Shown here piece after piece: positions 1-12,486 of a DNA stretch of 32,000 nt. Within the stretch, counting starts at the first letter, position 1. Each line of letters opens with the position of its first letter. The DNA is from Ureaplasma parvum serovar 3 str. ATCC 27815. Lineage in GTDB: Bacteria; Bacillota_I; Bacilli_A; Mycoplasmatales; Mycoplasmoidaceae. Both the position numbers and the translations under genes were made by a program. The notes beneath the pieces are model-generated. The model had not been told where the DNA came from. It saw only the letters and a program-made list of their open reading frames with translations, and made no database searches. The stretch lies in contig NC_010503.1 in assembly GCF_000019345.1 (NCBI RefSeq), forward strand, positions 510,001-542,000. Direction: 5' to 3'.

Positions 1-249
1 AATTGAATTAATACTAATCAAGTCTATAAATAATAACCGTTCATTATAAGTACGAAAACCATATAAATCTTTAATAATTAAATTTTTATTAGGCATTATG
101 CTAATATATTCATACAAATATAATTTGCAAAATTTATTAATTTCTAATTCATAATCTTTTGGGATACGTATTTGATAACCAATAAAATTATGTTCGCCAA
201 CAACAATATTTGCATTTGCATAAATAACTTTAAAAATTAAATAGTTCAT
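1..249 (-). CDS. ruvA: Holliday junction DNA helicase subunit RuvA, N-terminal part (runs off the left edge)
   Basis: Reverse-strand translation MNYLIFKVIYANANIVVGENNFIGYQIRIPKDYELEINKFCKLYLYEYISIMPNKNLIIKDLYGFRTYNERLLFIDLISINSI. It has RuvA N-terminal domain landmarks (GxxGYxxxxP, LYGFxxxxExxLFxxLISI). AGGTGGT SD lies just upstream of the ATG at 249. Confidence 0.8.
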   Translation of the reverse strand, partial: MNYLIFKVIYANANIVVGEHNFIGYQIRIPKDYELEINKFCKLYLYEYISIMPNKNLIIKDLYGFRTYNERLLFIDLISINSI

Positions 250-290
250 TTTAACCACCTCAATAAAGAATTAGTTAAAACTAATTATTC

Positions 291-1454
291 TTATCTTTTT
301 TTATCAACTTTAGCTTTTTTAATAAATTTATATAAATCAAAAATTAAAAAATAACCAAACCCAAACATCCCAATTAAACTACCTAAATAAATACTAAACA
401 TTCTTCAAATAAAAATAATATTATTTATATCTTGCGTTGATAATCAATTCATTGCGTAACGAATTTGATTTTGATCATTTGTTAAAAAAACACGTAACAT
501 AAATTGAATTGAACCCTCAGATCCAGGCAAAGGGACAAAATTAGTTGCTGTGACAGCAATATTTGTATAATTAAATAAATCAAAAAAGATGTTATGTGGT
601 TTTGGTTCTACTAAACGATATGAAATATACATTAGTGCATAAATACCAATGTTATAGACTACTCCAATAACAAAAGCCAATAATGAAACCCGCAGTGTTT
701 TAAAATAATACAAATAAAAAGCTTTAAAACTTATATTTTGATTATTTTTTTGAATTAATTCAATTTTTGTTAAATATTTAAGCTTAAAAAGTTTTTTGAC
801 TCAATTATAAATTAAAACTGAACGAAAATGCAATTTTTTAGAGAAGCCTAAAACAAAATAAATAGCTGTCATACATAAATCAGCAATTATACCAACAACA
901 GCCAAATAATAATAAAAGGGTAAACTTGTTTTATTATTAACTGCATAAGTTATTAATTCATAATTAATATAAATAAAAGATGGTACAGTTACTATAACTT
1001 GGCCCAATTCATAAAAAGTTGATGAAACAAGTAATAGTGCAGAAACTTTTTTTAGATTATGATAACCATTTTTATTTAAAAAATAAATTGAAAAAGGTTC
1101 ACTTCCAACAGAAAAAGGAGTTACAGCATTTAAAAAAATTAAACTAAAACTATAAAGGATTCATTTCCATCAAGCAATTTTGATTTGGTTTTTATAAGTA
1201 TCAATGACTGCAATAACTATAAACATAAAAGCCCTAAAGAAAATAAAGCTAATAAGAATTAACAATCATAAAATAGCTAATTTAATAGTTTTTAAACTAT
1301 GATTTATTTTTATAAATAAATTTTGAAAATCAATATCTAAAATAAAAAGAATTGAAATAATAATCATTAATAAACAAACTATTAAACCAATTATTAAAAA
1401 ACAAATATTCTTCTTCGTTCAAAAACTAGTTTTTTCATTAATATTATTATCCAT
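291..1454 (-). CDS. Multi-pass membrane protein of the YbhN / lysylphosphatidylglycerol-synthase TM-region (flippase-like) family
   Basis: Single frame after reading UGA as Trp (388 codons, TAA at 291). Strongly hydrophobic. The FVPLPGSEGSIQFMLRVFL segment resembles the conserved PxPGGxGxxE region of this family. Confidence 0.65.
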
Positions 1455-1508
1455 TTTAAAAATCCTTATTCTAGTAATTTAATTATATAATTTTATTCCT
1501 AATAAAAA

Positions 1509-1526
1509 AGAAGGGCACCCCCTTCT
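1509..1526 (-). terminator. Rho-independent terminator hairpin
   Basis: On the minus strand AGAAGGG-GGTG-CCCTTCT is followed by a T-run, directly downstream of the CDS ending at 1534. Confidence 0.8.
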
Positions 1527-1533
1527 AAAAATT

Positions 1534-2550
1534 TTACTTTTTTGATGATTTGTTTGCTGATTCAGTTTCTCATCATGTTTTTTTCGAAATTGGATCACTT
1601 TGAAATTCTTCTTCAATTAATACTGTTTTTAATAATAATTGTTGTTTTTTATCTAAACCATTATTAATGGGTAAAACATCATCAATTGCTTTTTCTATTT
1701 GTTCTTTTCCATTTTTTTTAACAATTAAATCATGGCCACGATGATGACGTTGCGCTTTATGTTTATTATGGTGATTATCTGGATCAATATGTTCATATTC
1801 TTCTTCTATAAAGTATTCATTATTAGGAAATACTGAACTTTGAGGTGCTAATAAACATTCATCATAAACTAGTTGTGCTAGTTCAGCTTCATCACGTTTA
1901 TTTCAAACACTTACATACTTTGATAACCAACTAAAATCATTTTGATCATCATTAATTAAACTTTCTTTTTCAGAAAATAAAGATTCTAAAAATAAATTTT
2001 CAGCATACACTTTTTGGTTTGAATAAATATTTTCAAAAACAGGTTCTTCAAATTCAAAAGAAACAGGAGTAAAAGGTGTATGTTCTTTTACTGAATTATC
2101 AACTTCATCAACTGGAGCTACAATATTCTCCTGTATAAATTCTTCATTGCTTTGATTTTCGTTCTTTATAGGCTCAGGTTCAACTTCTTCATGTAATGGT
2201 TCAATAGGTGTAGATTCATGTTCGTTAACAATATCATCTTCTTGGTTATTAACTGGAGCTGATGATAGATCATTGCAATCTTGTAAAATTTGTGGTTCAT
2301 CCATTACAGGTATTTGTTCTTGTTGGATGTTTGTTAAAGCTAAATTACGTAAACTTTTAATCGTTTTTGTGTAATCAACTCACATAAAAACGCCACAATT
2401 TTTGCATCTTACTTTAACTTTTTTAGTAACAATAGTTTCATCATATAATTGATAAATATCTTTGTTATTATCTAAAACATCAGTAATATTTATATTTTTA
2501 TCTTCAGTTAACTTTTGATTTAATTTATTTTTCTTACTAAATAATCCCAT
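1534..2550 (-). CDS. Hypothetical acidic protein with an N-terminal CKNCG motif and a His-rich segment
   Basis: 339-codon frame after UGA=Trp. Starts MGLFSKKNKLNQKL with TGGAG SD. Contains VKVRCKNCGVFMW, a long Glu/Pro-rich linker and NHHNKHKAQRHHRGHD. Confidence 0.7.
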
Positions 2551-2646
2551 AATTCAACTCCAAAATTAATTATTTTTATAATTTTAACTTCTTTAACTAA
2601 CTTAAATTATATATGAAAATAAACTTTTTTATTTCATTTATTAAAT

Positions 2647-4065
2647 CTAATAAGCACGTGCAAATAAAGTCAATTTGTTTGTTTTTTTATTTGTATAAAA
2701 ACACTGCCCGTTTTGAGTTTCATCAAAAATACAACGTGTTGAAGCATTAGTTAATAATTTAATTTGTTCATCATCTTCTTTTGTACCATCAAAGAATGCC
2801 TTAGCCATTTTATTTTGTGCAATAACTTGTTTTAATTCCTCGATATTATTTACAAAAACAATCGAATCCTCTAAATCTTTTTTTGCCTTTTCATAAATAT
2901 TTCTTTTAATATCTGCTAATAATTTTGGGATGATTAGTTTCAAATCAGTTAAATCAACATTAATTTTTTCATGAGTATCACGACGCACAATAACAACTTG
3001 TTGATTAACTAATTCTTTAGCACCAACTAATATACAAATAGGCGTTCCCTCAATTTCTTGTTGTGCTAATTTATAACCAATTCCTTTATCACTATGATCT
3101 TCAAACAAACGATAATTATTTAATTGTTCACAAATCTGTTGACTAATTTTTAATAATTGGGGATTTTTATTAGAAAAAATCGTTAAAATAGCAATTTGAT
3201 TAAAAGCAATATCAGGGGGCAAAATCAAACCCTGATCATCAGCATGAACCATAATTAATGCTCCAATAATTCGTGTTGATAATCCAGCAGACATTTGATG
3301 TACATAATGCATTTGATTATCTTGACCTTGAAACTTAATATCATAAGCTTTTGCAAAAAACTGCCCTAAATAATGACTTGTTGCAGATTGTAATGCTTGG
3401 CCATCTTGCATCATAGCTTCAATTGTATATGTTTTTTGAGCACCAGCAAAACGTTCTCATGGTGTTTTTAATCCTTTAATAACAGGTATACACAAATAAT
3501 TTTGAACAAAATCTGTATACACATCTAAAATTACTTTAGCAAAAGAATCGGCCTCATTTTCACTTGCAAAAATAGCATGTAATTCTTGTCAATGAAACTC
3601 AGCATTTCGAAGAAATGGACGTGTTGTTTTTTCAGCACGCATTACTGAACACCATTGATTATTTTTAATCGGTAAATCATTATAACTATTAACAATATTT
3701 TTAAAATAATTACAAAATAAAATTTCACTCGTAGGACGTATTGCATAAGAATTATCTAATTTTTTATCACCAATTTGATTAACCATAAATAATTCAGGAG
3801 CAAAACCTTCAATATGATCTTTTTCTTTTTGAAATTCACTTAAAGGAATTAAAGTTGGCATGGCAAGATTGCGTACTCCGTGTTTTTTAAATTCGACATC
3901 AATTTGGTTTTTAATTGCTTCTCAAATTGCTCAAGCATTTGGTTGAAAAACCATCATTCCTTTAATATCAGTGTACTGAATTAATTTTGCATTATTTACA
4001 ATACTTGTATATCAATCAGCAAAATTTTCTTTTCTTGTTGTAATCTTTTCTAATTTTTTACTCAT
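2647..4065 (-). CDS. proS: Prolyl-tRNA synthetase, short form without the bacterial editing insertion
   Basis: 473-codon frame. Motifs include PTLIPLSEFQKEKDHIEGFAPE, LDNSYAIRPTSEILFCNYFKN (motif 2 region), QDGQALQSATSHYLGQ and an anticodon-binding domain with GIPICILVGAKEL. Confidence 0.92.
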
Positions 4066-4090
4066 TTTATCAATCCAACCTAAACTTTTA

Positions 4091-4558
4091 TTAAACAATT
4101 GTTTTGTGTTTATCTGTAAATTGCTTTAAACACATTTTTAAAGCACTTGCGCCAATACGGGCACAACGAATACGATTCATTTGTTTTTTTACATTATAAA
4201 AAGCAATTAATTCTTGCATAATATCTTTATTGTAATCTAGCCCTTCAATCATATTTAAATAATTATTAATTAATAATAACGCATTATTAAGATCTAGATT
4301 TTTTACAAGTTCACAAATAATATCAGTGGATGATATGGAAATTGCACAGCCTGTACCTAAAAAAACGACATCAATTATTTTTTGATGATTTAATTTAACA
4401 TAAACTGTAATGTCATCACCACATCCTTCTGTTGTATTATGATATGACAAATAATTTATTTCATCTTGTACAAAACAAACTTTATTTTTAGGGTGTTCAT
4501 AGTGTTGCATGATAATCTTACGTAATAAAAGATTGTCATTGATATTATAAGATGCCAT
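4091..4558 (-). CDS. sufU: SUF/NIF-type Fe-S cluster assembly scaffold (SufU/IscU-like)
   Basis: 155 aa. Contains HYEHPKNK, GCGDDITVYVKL, GTGCAISIS and RIRCARIGASAL, with the three conserved scaffold Cys positions. Overlaps the end of the cysteine desulfurase gene. Confidence 0.88.
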   Translation of the reverse strand: MASYNINDNLLLRKIIMQHYEHPKNKVCFVQDEINYLSYHNTTEGCGDDITVYVKLNHQKIIDVVFLGTGCAISISSTDIICELVKNLDLNNALLLINNYLNMIEGLDYNKDIMQELIAFYNVKKQMNRIRCARIGASALKMCLKQFTDKHKTIV

Positions 4559-5753
4559 TTAATTCATCTCCTTTTTGATATTCTTTAATTGCCTTAATTA
4601 ATCTATCAACATCATTAAAATCATTATATATGTAAAAAGATGCACGAATAGCACATTCGGTTTGAATCACGTTATTAATAATTTTTGCACATGATAATCC
4701 ACTTCGCACAATAATATTTTTTGATCCTAAATAATTAGCAAAATCTTGGCAAAAAACACCATTATAACTAAAAGTTATAGTACTTGAAGTAGCATCTTGC
4801 ACATATGTTTTAATTTCAGGAATTAAAGCTAATTGGTCACGTGCATATTTAGTAATTTTTAATTCATGTTCATGAATTTTATTATAACCTATATCCATTA
4901 AAAATTTTAAAGCAGCATTAAAACCATAAAAACCAGCAACATGCGGAGTTCCACCCTCAAATTTCATGTAATTATCATAGAGCTGATAACTATTTAAATC
5001 AATGCTAAAATTCATTCCACCACCATATTTTAATGGTTGCATTTTTTTAATCAAGTCATTTTTAATATAAGCAACACCAATTCCTGTAGGTCCTAATAAT
5101 TTATGTGCTGAAAAGACCATAAAATCACTTTTGCATTTTTTCACATCAAACATACGGTGTTGAATACTTTGAGTTGCATCAACGCACACTAATACATCTG
5201 GTTTAATTTTTTTAATATTTTTAATAATAAGATTTTCATCTAAAACATTACCAATTAAATTACCACCAGAAGCAAACGAAACCACTTTTGTTTTAGGTGA
5301 AATTACTTTTAGAAAATCACTAAGTTGTGGAAATTGATTTTTTTGATTAGCAAAAATAATCTTGACACCTAAATCATCTCGAAGTTTGTATCATGGTAAT
5401 AAATTAGAAGCATGTTCAATATAAGTTAAAATAATTTCATCACCCTTTTTTAAATGAGGTCTTAAACCGTTTGCAATCAAATTTAGAGATTCTGTAGCAC
5501 CACTTGTAAAAATGATTTCATCAAAATTAGCATTGATGAATTTGGCAACATTTGCTCTTGTTTCATTCATAATTTCATGAGTGTGAAAAGTAAAATTTGA
5601 ATCAGTATTATGGGGGTTAGTAGAATATTTTGTATAATAATCAACAATTGCATCGATTACAACTTGAGGTTTTAATGAAGTTGCACTTGAATCTAAATAA
5701 ATAACATCTTTGTTATTTTTAAATCAAGGAAAAAATTGTTTGTAATCATTCAT
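4545..5753 (-). CDS. sufS: Cysteine desulfurase (SufS/CsdB class)
   Basis: 403-codon frame after UGA=Trp. Contains YLDSSATSLKP, NETRANVAKF, FTSGATESLNLIA, VDATQSIQH, FSAHKLLGPTGIGVAYIK (PLP Lys) and VRSGLSCA. AAGGA SD. Confidence 0.93.
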
Positions 5754-5765
5754 AGCGTATCCTTG

Positions 5766-5784
5766 CTTATTTTTCAAAAATAAG
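5766..5784 (-). other. Perfect 9-bp inverted repeat with 1-nt centre in the sufS leader
   Basis: CTTATTTTT-C-AAAAATAAG immediately upstream of the sufS SD. Confidence 0.6.
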
Positions 5785-5964
5785 ACTAAATTTCTTGCGA
5801 TGGCTTGATAATTAAATTTGTTAAAAACAATAACAAAGTTTGCTTTTGTCAGCTCAACTTTAGAAAAAATCTAACATACTTCTATAGTATAATATTAAAA
5901 TTATATTGTTTAAAACGATAAAATTATAATATATTCTCATAGCAAAAATAATATGGAGTTTGAT

Positions 5965-8900
5965 ATGAAATTTAAAAAAATTCTTTTAACAAGCACATTA
6001 AGTGTTTTAGGGGTTATTTCAATTGCAAGTTTAGCTACAAATTGTTCACAAACGAAAACAAAAATTAACCAGTATAAAATAACTATAAATAAATTAGATA
6101 GTCTAAATTTAACAAGTAATTTAACTACAAAACAAGCTTTAAAAGATGTTTTATTCTCAAAAGAAGGACAAAATGAATTTTTATTATCAAATGTTAAAAA
6201 AGTGGTTTATGATTGAGCAAAAAACAATAATGATCCAAAATTAGCTCATGATGTTAGTGAATATAATACACAATTAGATGAACAATTAAAGAGAATTAAA
6301 GAAAATGTAAAAAAATCATACCCAAATGATTGACAATCTGTTTTACAAAGCGAACTATATGATACTGAAGGTGGTAGTGAAAAATCATGAAAAGAAGCTA
6401 AGTTAATTGATCAAGCATACAAATCAATTACTTCTTCAATTTTTGATGATAATGATAATTGAATTAGTGTATTAAATGATCAAAATCAACTAATTGATGC
6501 CTATTCAAATGATGCTACTAAGTTGTTAGAGAATGAAAGTACTTTTAAATCAACTAAAATTGGAGATAGAAACAAAATTGTTGCTAAGACAAATAATTTT
6601 TTACAAAAAGGATACGCTAATTTATTTAATTTCTTAATTGATGATTATATTAAATATAACCTGCCTTTATCATTTGCCAACATTGAATTTAAATATGATG
6701 ATTTAAAAAATCAAAACATTTATAATAAAGATTTTTTTACAAAAATACCAACTTCTGGCACATCACCTAATTTTCCTTGATTTGATCCTAAACCAACTGA
6801 TAATAAATCAACTAACACTACAACTAATTATCTAGAAGTAGCTAAATTATTAAAAGAAAATAAATACTTAGATTCAAAAGATGATACGAATAATATTGAC
6901 AAAAAATTCAACAACAATAATGATATTAATAAATATTTAAGCTTAAATGATTTTATTACTCAAGACAACACAAATTTAACATTAAGTGTCGGTTTATTAG
7001 CTAAATTTTTATCATTATTTGGAAATGAAAATTTTGGTATTTATCAATTAGATAATTTAGATGAAAATAATATTTTAAACAATTTTATTAGTAAGAATCA
7101 AAGTAATGCAAACACAAATAATGTTGATTTATTTTATCCTTTAGTTAAAAAAGATAAAACAGCTTTTTTAAATGATTTTAAGGATGTTAAAGCTATCCGT
7201 CAAATTAATGATTTAAAAAATGGATATACTCTATTACGTAATGAAAACAGTGTTGATTTATGAGGTATTAACAATTTTAAAAGACTTCAACAAGCAGCTA
7301 AAATAGGTTTGAACGCTCTATTAACAGAGTTAAAAAATGATTTTTTATACAATGGTGCACTATACTTAAATTCACGCAAATCAAATAGTGTTAAAAAACA
7401 AGGCTATGATATTAAAGCTAAAATTAAAGATTACTTTAATAACAATAAAGAGCGCTTATTAGCACTATATATTGCTACACATCAAAACGATAGTGATTTT
7501 TTGTTTAAATCAAACTTAAAAAATGATTCAAAAGTTTTTGCATTTGATCAAAGAACAATTAATATTATTAAAGAAAACAATGAAATTCATTTATTAAATT
7601 ACTATGATAATTTAATTGATAAGTTAAATGATAAATTAATTAAATTTAATAAAAAAACATTTATTATTCCTAGTGTTGATAGTTTATATGATAATGGAAT
7701 TAATACACCAATTTACTTAATTAAAGACCAAAATCAACAAATTAGTTTATTTCAAACTTTAAAAATAAAACTAGTGGGTAATAAAAATCTTATAGATGAA
7801 AATCAAAAATTATCTACAATGATTAATGATTATGTTGAAAACTTTGATATAAAAAAACACCTTGTTGCTAATAATAAAAACTCCCAATCAATTGTTTTTG
7901 ACGATTATGTTATAAATAAAGTATTTAGTAAAGGAATAAACAGTGTTTTTGCAAATATTATTAAACAAGAACAAATTAAAAAAAGTGTAGCAAAATTCTT
8001 TGAATTTAATGATTTTAATTTTAAAAATAATTTTCTTGAAAACCAAGAATTATTAGCAGCATTTAACCAAATTATTAAGAATACAAGTGTTTTGGAAACA
8101 ACACAAACTAATAATTTTAGTAATTTTGATAACTTAAAAAAAGTTTATGAACAAGCTTTGAAATTATGAAACGATAATTATACTAAAAATGGCCCTTTTA
8201 ATCAGTTATCAATCAATTATCAAAAATACCAAGCATTATTTGAAACACTCGCTATTATTAATTACTTGTTAGATTTTAAAGATGGTAAACCAACATATCA
8301 AAATTTAATTAATTACTTGTTAAAAAAAACTGCTAATCATCAACCATTATTTATTGGTTGAAAAGCTTTAAATGATGTAACTAAAATTCCTAATTTTGGA
8401 AAAGATTCTAAAGAAGATTTTAGTTTCAAGAAATACCAAATTAATTTATATAATGGACTTGACCTATACCAATTAAAAAAAGCTGATGTTTATGAAATTG
8501 ACCAAAATAGTCAAGAAGTTAAATTCAAAAAAACTTTTATAGATGCATTAACATACACTAACGATAAAAATTATTGAAACTCAACCGTTAATAAAGATGG
8601 TTCAGTTTATAATAATTTTATTGGCTTAATTGATCAAAATAATCAAAAAGATAAATTAGGTAAAGCTTTTGAAAAAATCGACTTGTTTGATAAATTAGTT
8701 TACGCTAATAACCCAAGTAAACAATTTAAAGGTGCACTATATGGTTATGGTAGTAGAGAATTATTAATTAAAACATTAGATGGTTTTGTGTCTTATCATG
8801 ACTACCAAACACTTGCACAATTACTTTATGATCTAAATTTTAATGCAGAAGCTAATGCTGAATTTAAAACTATTTTAGATAACCAAAAACAAATTATTCC

Positions 8901-9351
8901 TGGCAATCAAAAAGATAGTAAAATAAAAAATATTGATTTAGCAACTAATGAAATTAAAACAATTATGATTAAAGGAATTAATAAAATCCCCCAAACTGCC
9001 TTTCAAAGATTAGATTTAGATTTAGTTTATAACAAATTAGACAAAAATGCTACACCATTAGTTAATAAAGAAGATAATGCTAATTTAAAATATATTTTAT
9101 TAGTTTCACAATTTAATGCAAATGATGTGCAAAATTTAGTTATTAACAATCAATTAAATCAAAGTGCAACAGGATATTTAGGATTGTCAAAAAGCCAATT
9201 TTATAACTTATTATTTGATTTAGCATTAAATGATCAAACTTTAAAAATTGAAGCTTTTAGTCAAATTGAAAACGAACATAAAATTAAAGTTTACGATAAA
9301 CGTTTAGCTAATAATAGTAATTTAAAAGGTTGAATCATAAATAATCTATAA
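5965..9351 (+). CDS. Large putative lipoprotein (1128 aa)
   Basis: Uninterrupted frame from ATG 5965 to TAA 9349-9351 when UGA=Trp. GGAG SD. N-terminus MKFKKILLTSTLSVLGVISIASLATNCSQ is a signal peptide with a lipobox-like Cys. The four split plus-strand ORFs in the track share this frame. Confidence 0.85.
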
Positions 9352-10010
9352 TGAATAAGCAACTAGTTCCATCCCTTTTAGCATTTGATAAAAAATATCC
9401 TTATGAACAATTAAAGATCTTTAAAAAGCATCATCTTCAAACAATACATTATGATGTTATGGATCTAACATATGTTAATAACACTGCTTTTGAAACTGAA
9501 CATTTAGAATGGCTACTAAAAAATGATTTTTTAGTACACATTCATCTAATGGTTATTAACCCTTTAGAAAAAATTAAACAATATTTTATATATAAACCAA
9601 CTCGCATATCTTTTCATTTTGAAATGAATGATTATCAAACTAATTTATTAATCATTAATGAAATTAAAAAACATCATGTTTTAGCAGGGATTGCAATTCA
9701 TCCTTGTTTATCACTAAACGATTATGCTTCTTATTTAAAAGAAGTTGATTATATTACTTTTATGTCGGTTATTCCAGGTAAGGGTGGACAAATTTTTTTA
9801 GAAGAAAGTTTATTAAAACTAAAAAAATTATATGAATATAAAATTAAAAATAATTTCAAATTTAAGATTGAAATTGATGGTGGTATTACTTTAGAAGTTA
9901 TTAAAAAAATCAATATTCCAATTGATTTTTTTGTAAGCGGTTCTTATTTAGTGAAAAATATTGAAAAACTAGAGCAAACTGTTAACGAATTTAATCAACT
10001 TGTTAATTAA
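9351..10010 (+). CDS. rpe: Ribulose-phosphate 3-epimerase
   Basis: 219 aa. Contains PSLLAFDKKYPYEQL, HYDVMDLTYVNNT, VHLMV, MSVIPGKGGQIF and EIDGGITLEV. Start overlaps the lipoprotein stop (TAATG). Confidence 0.93.
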   Translation: MNKQLVPSLLAFDKKYPYEQLKIFKKHHLQTIHYDVMDLTYVNNTAFETEHLEWLLKNDFLVHIHLMVINPLEKIKQYFIYKPTRISFHFEMNDYQTNLLIINEIKKHHVLAGIAIHPCLSLNDYASYLKEVDYITFMSVIPGKGGQIFLEESLLKLKKLYEYKIKNNFKFKIEIDGGITLEVIKKINIPIDFFVSGSYLVKNIEKLEQTVNEFNQLVN

Positions 10011-10090
10011 TATTAATTCTTAATTAATTTTAGTAACTATTTTATTTAAAAACCATTTCTTATAGTAATTGAAATGTACTAATTAATAAA

Positions 10091-10112
10091 AAAACACCAC
10101 TGCAGGTGTTTT
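10091..10112. terminator. Convergent (bidirectional) terminator between rpe and pheT
   Basis: AAAACACC-ACTGCA-GGTGTTTT stem, with A-run before and T-run after, between convergent genes. Confidence 0.85.
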
Positions 10113-10136
10113 TTATTATTTAAAGAATTTACAAAA

Positions 10137-12455
10137 TTAAAATTGTTTCAAATAATTATTTACTTCTTGTTCAATGATTATAATTTGTTCACTACTTAAA
10201 TTAGATAAATGATCATTAATATAATATTTAAAAGTATAAATAATTCCATCATCTTTTATATAAAGATCGCTGATTTCAACTTTTCTAATATTTTTAATTT
10301 TTTTAATATTAGCAATTATATTATTTAAGTCAACGTCAGAAGCTAATTTAACACTAATATCACGTATGACATCATGATACATACTTGGCTTAATAACTTT
10401 AGTGATTACTTGTTTTTGATTTAAATAACTAGTTAAATTTAAATTAATAATAAAAATATCATTACTTAAACCATATGTTTTTTTGACTTGATTTTTTAGT
10501 TGACCAATAAAACCAAATACTTGTTTGTTTGCATTAATTAAAGCTAATTGGTTATTATCATATAATTCATTAACAACATGATTTTTATCATATGCATAAT
10601 CAATATTTAATTTTGTTAATAAAGCATGTAGTAAAGCTTTTGTTGTCACAAAATTATTAACTATTAATGAATCATTAATTTTTGAATTAATTAATGGTTT
10701 ACATAAAATGATTGATAAAACTGTTTGTTGACTTGAATCAACTGGATTAATCTTTGAAATCTCAAAGATATTTTCTAATTCATTTTTTTGGTTTTGGTTA
10801 TATTCTAATACTTCAAGTAAGGAGTTAAGGTTATTTAATTTTAAATGCGAACGCATATTTGAAGTTGGATTATTAATTTCATAAGCTTGTTTAAAATTAA
10901 AAAAATTAAACTCATGTGCTTGTGTTTGATTTTTTAAATTATAAGTTTTACACTCAAACAAACCTTGATCAACTAAAAAATCACTAACTTTTTTTTCAAA
11001 ATCATAAGCTAGATTATTTTCAAAATTTAAAATATCAAAACTGATTGGTTGTGGTTTGATTTCTTGAATACTAATTTTTTTCATAATATCTTCATAAACA
11101 TCAAACTCATTTAATACATCATATCGATGACTTGGAGTAATTAAATTAGACTTATTAATTTTATAACCTAAGCGTTTTAAAAATGTTTGAGCAGTGTCTA
11201 AATCAATTTCTGCACCCACAAAATCACTTACTTGATTAATTTTATTTTTAATGACATTATGAACTGAATGTTTAAAATAATAAATTAATTTTGCATCTGA
11301 TTTAAAATTAGCTAACAATTTTTTTAATGTTACTTTTGTAACATAATTAGTTAAGGGTTTGCTAAAACGCATAGCCGCTGCGGTATTGATTTTTAAACGA
11401 CGCGCTGTATTTGCAATCAACATAGGATTAAAATTTGCACATTCAATATAAGCAGTTGTGCTTGTTGCATCAATTTTAGAATCATTAGAACCAATAATTC
11501 CAGCAAGTGCTAAAATTTTTTGATCATCAACGATAATTAGATCCCCTTTTTTAATTAAATATTCTTTTTGATCTAAACCCAATAAAATTGCATCTTCTTC
11601 AGCATTTTTAACAACAATTTGACCACTAATTTTTCGTGCATCAAATGCATGAAGTGGATTAGCAGTTAATAATGTTAAAAAATTCATATTATCAGCGAAA
11701 TTATTAAGAACTTTAATTTGATTATTAATCAATATACTTTTAGTATTCCATTTTAAAATATAATTTTGAATATTTTTAACCTCGATTATTCCATACGAAT
11801 TAACATCATCAGATAAAATCCGCACGTCAATAATTTCTTTATGTGGGCGATGATTAATCGTTGCATCAACAACATATTCGAAATCAAAATAAGCACATAA
11901 TTCCTTAGCTATTCAAAAATAACCATTTAAATCATTCCGATTTGATGGAATTGATAAATCTAAAATAACATCATCTAAATTAAAAATTTGATTTGGGGTT
12001 TTATAATGGTCATAATTGTCATCTAAAACTAAAATTCCATCTAAATCTGTTGATGTTAAAAAACTAGTAGCTTGTGGATTAATTTCACTGTAAGCACATA
12101 ACATTCCATTTGAAACATATCCTCTTAATTCACGTGGCGTAATTTTTAAACCATTTGCTAGTTCGGCATTTAATTTTGCTAAAACAACTCAATTATGAAC
12201 ACTAAAATTATTTGCACCACAAACGATCTCATAAACTTTTTGGTTTGCTTTAACTTTAACTAAATTTAAATGATTAGCATTAGGATGTCTAGTTTTTTCT
12301 AATACTTTAGCAAAAACTAAATTAGTAGATGGTTTAATGCTATTAATTGTTTCAACTTCACAACCTAAATCCATTAAAGCTGCGCATAATTCATTTAAAG
12401 GAATCTTTTTTAGTTTTGGACTAATCTTATGTAATAAATTTAAACTTAAAATCAT
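10137..12455 (-). CDS. pheT: Phenylalanyl-tRNA synthetase beta subunit
   Basis: 773-codon frame after UGA=Trp. Tail and core motifs include VFAKVLEKTRHPNANHLNLVKVKA, ILDLSIPSNRNDLNGYF, TPSHRYDVLNEFDVYEDI and SVKLASDVDLNNI. Confidence 0.93.
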
Positions 12456-12486
12456 CTTTTTTTACTCTTTCATTAAATTTAGGAAT

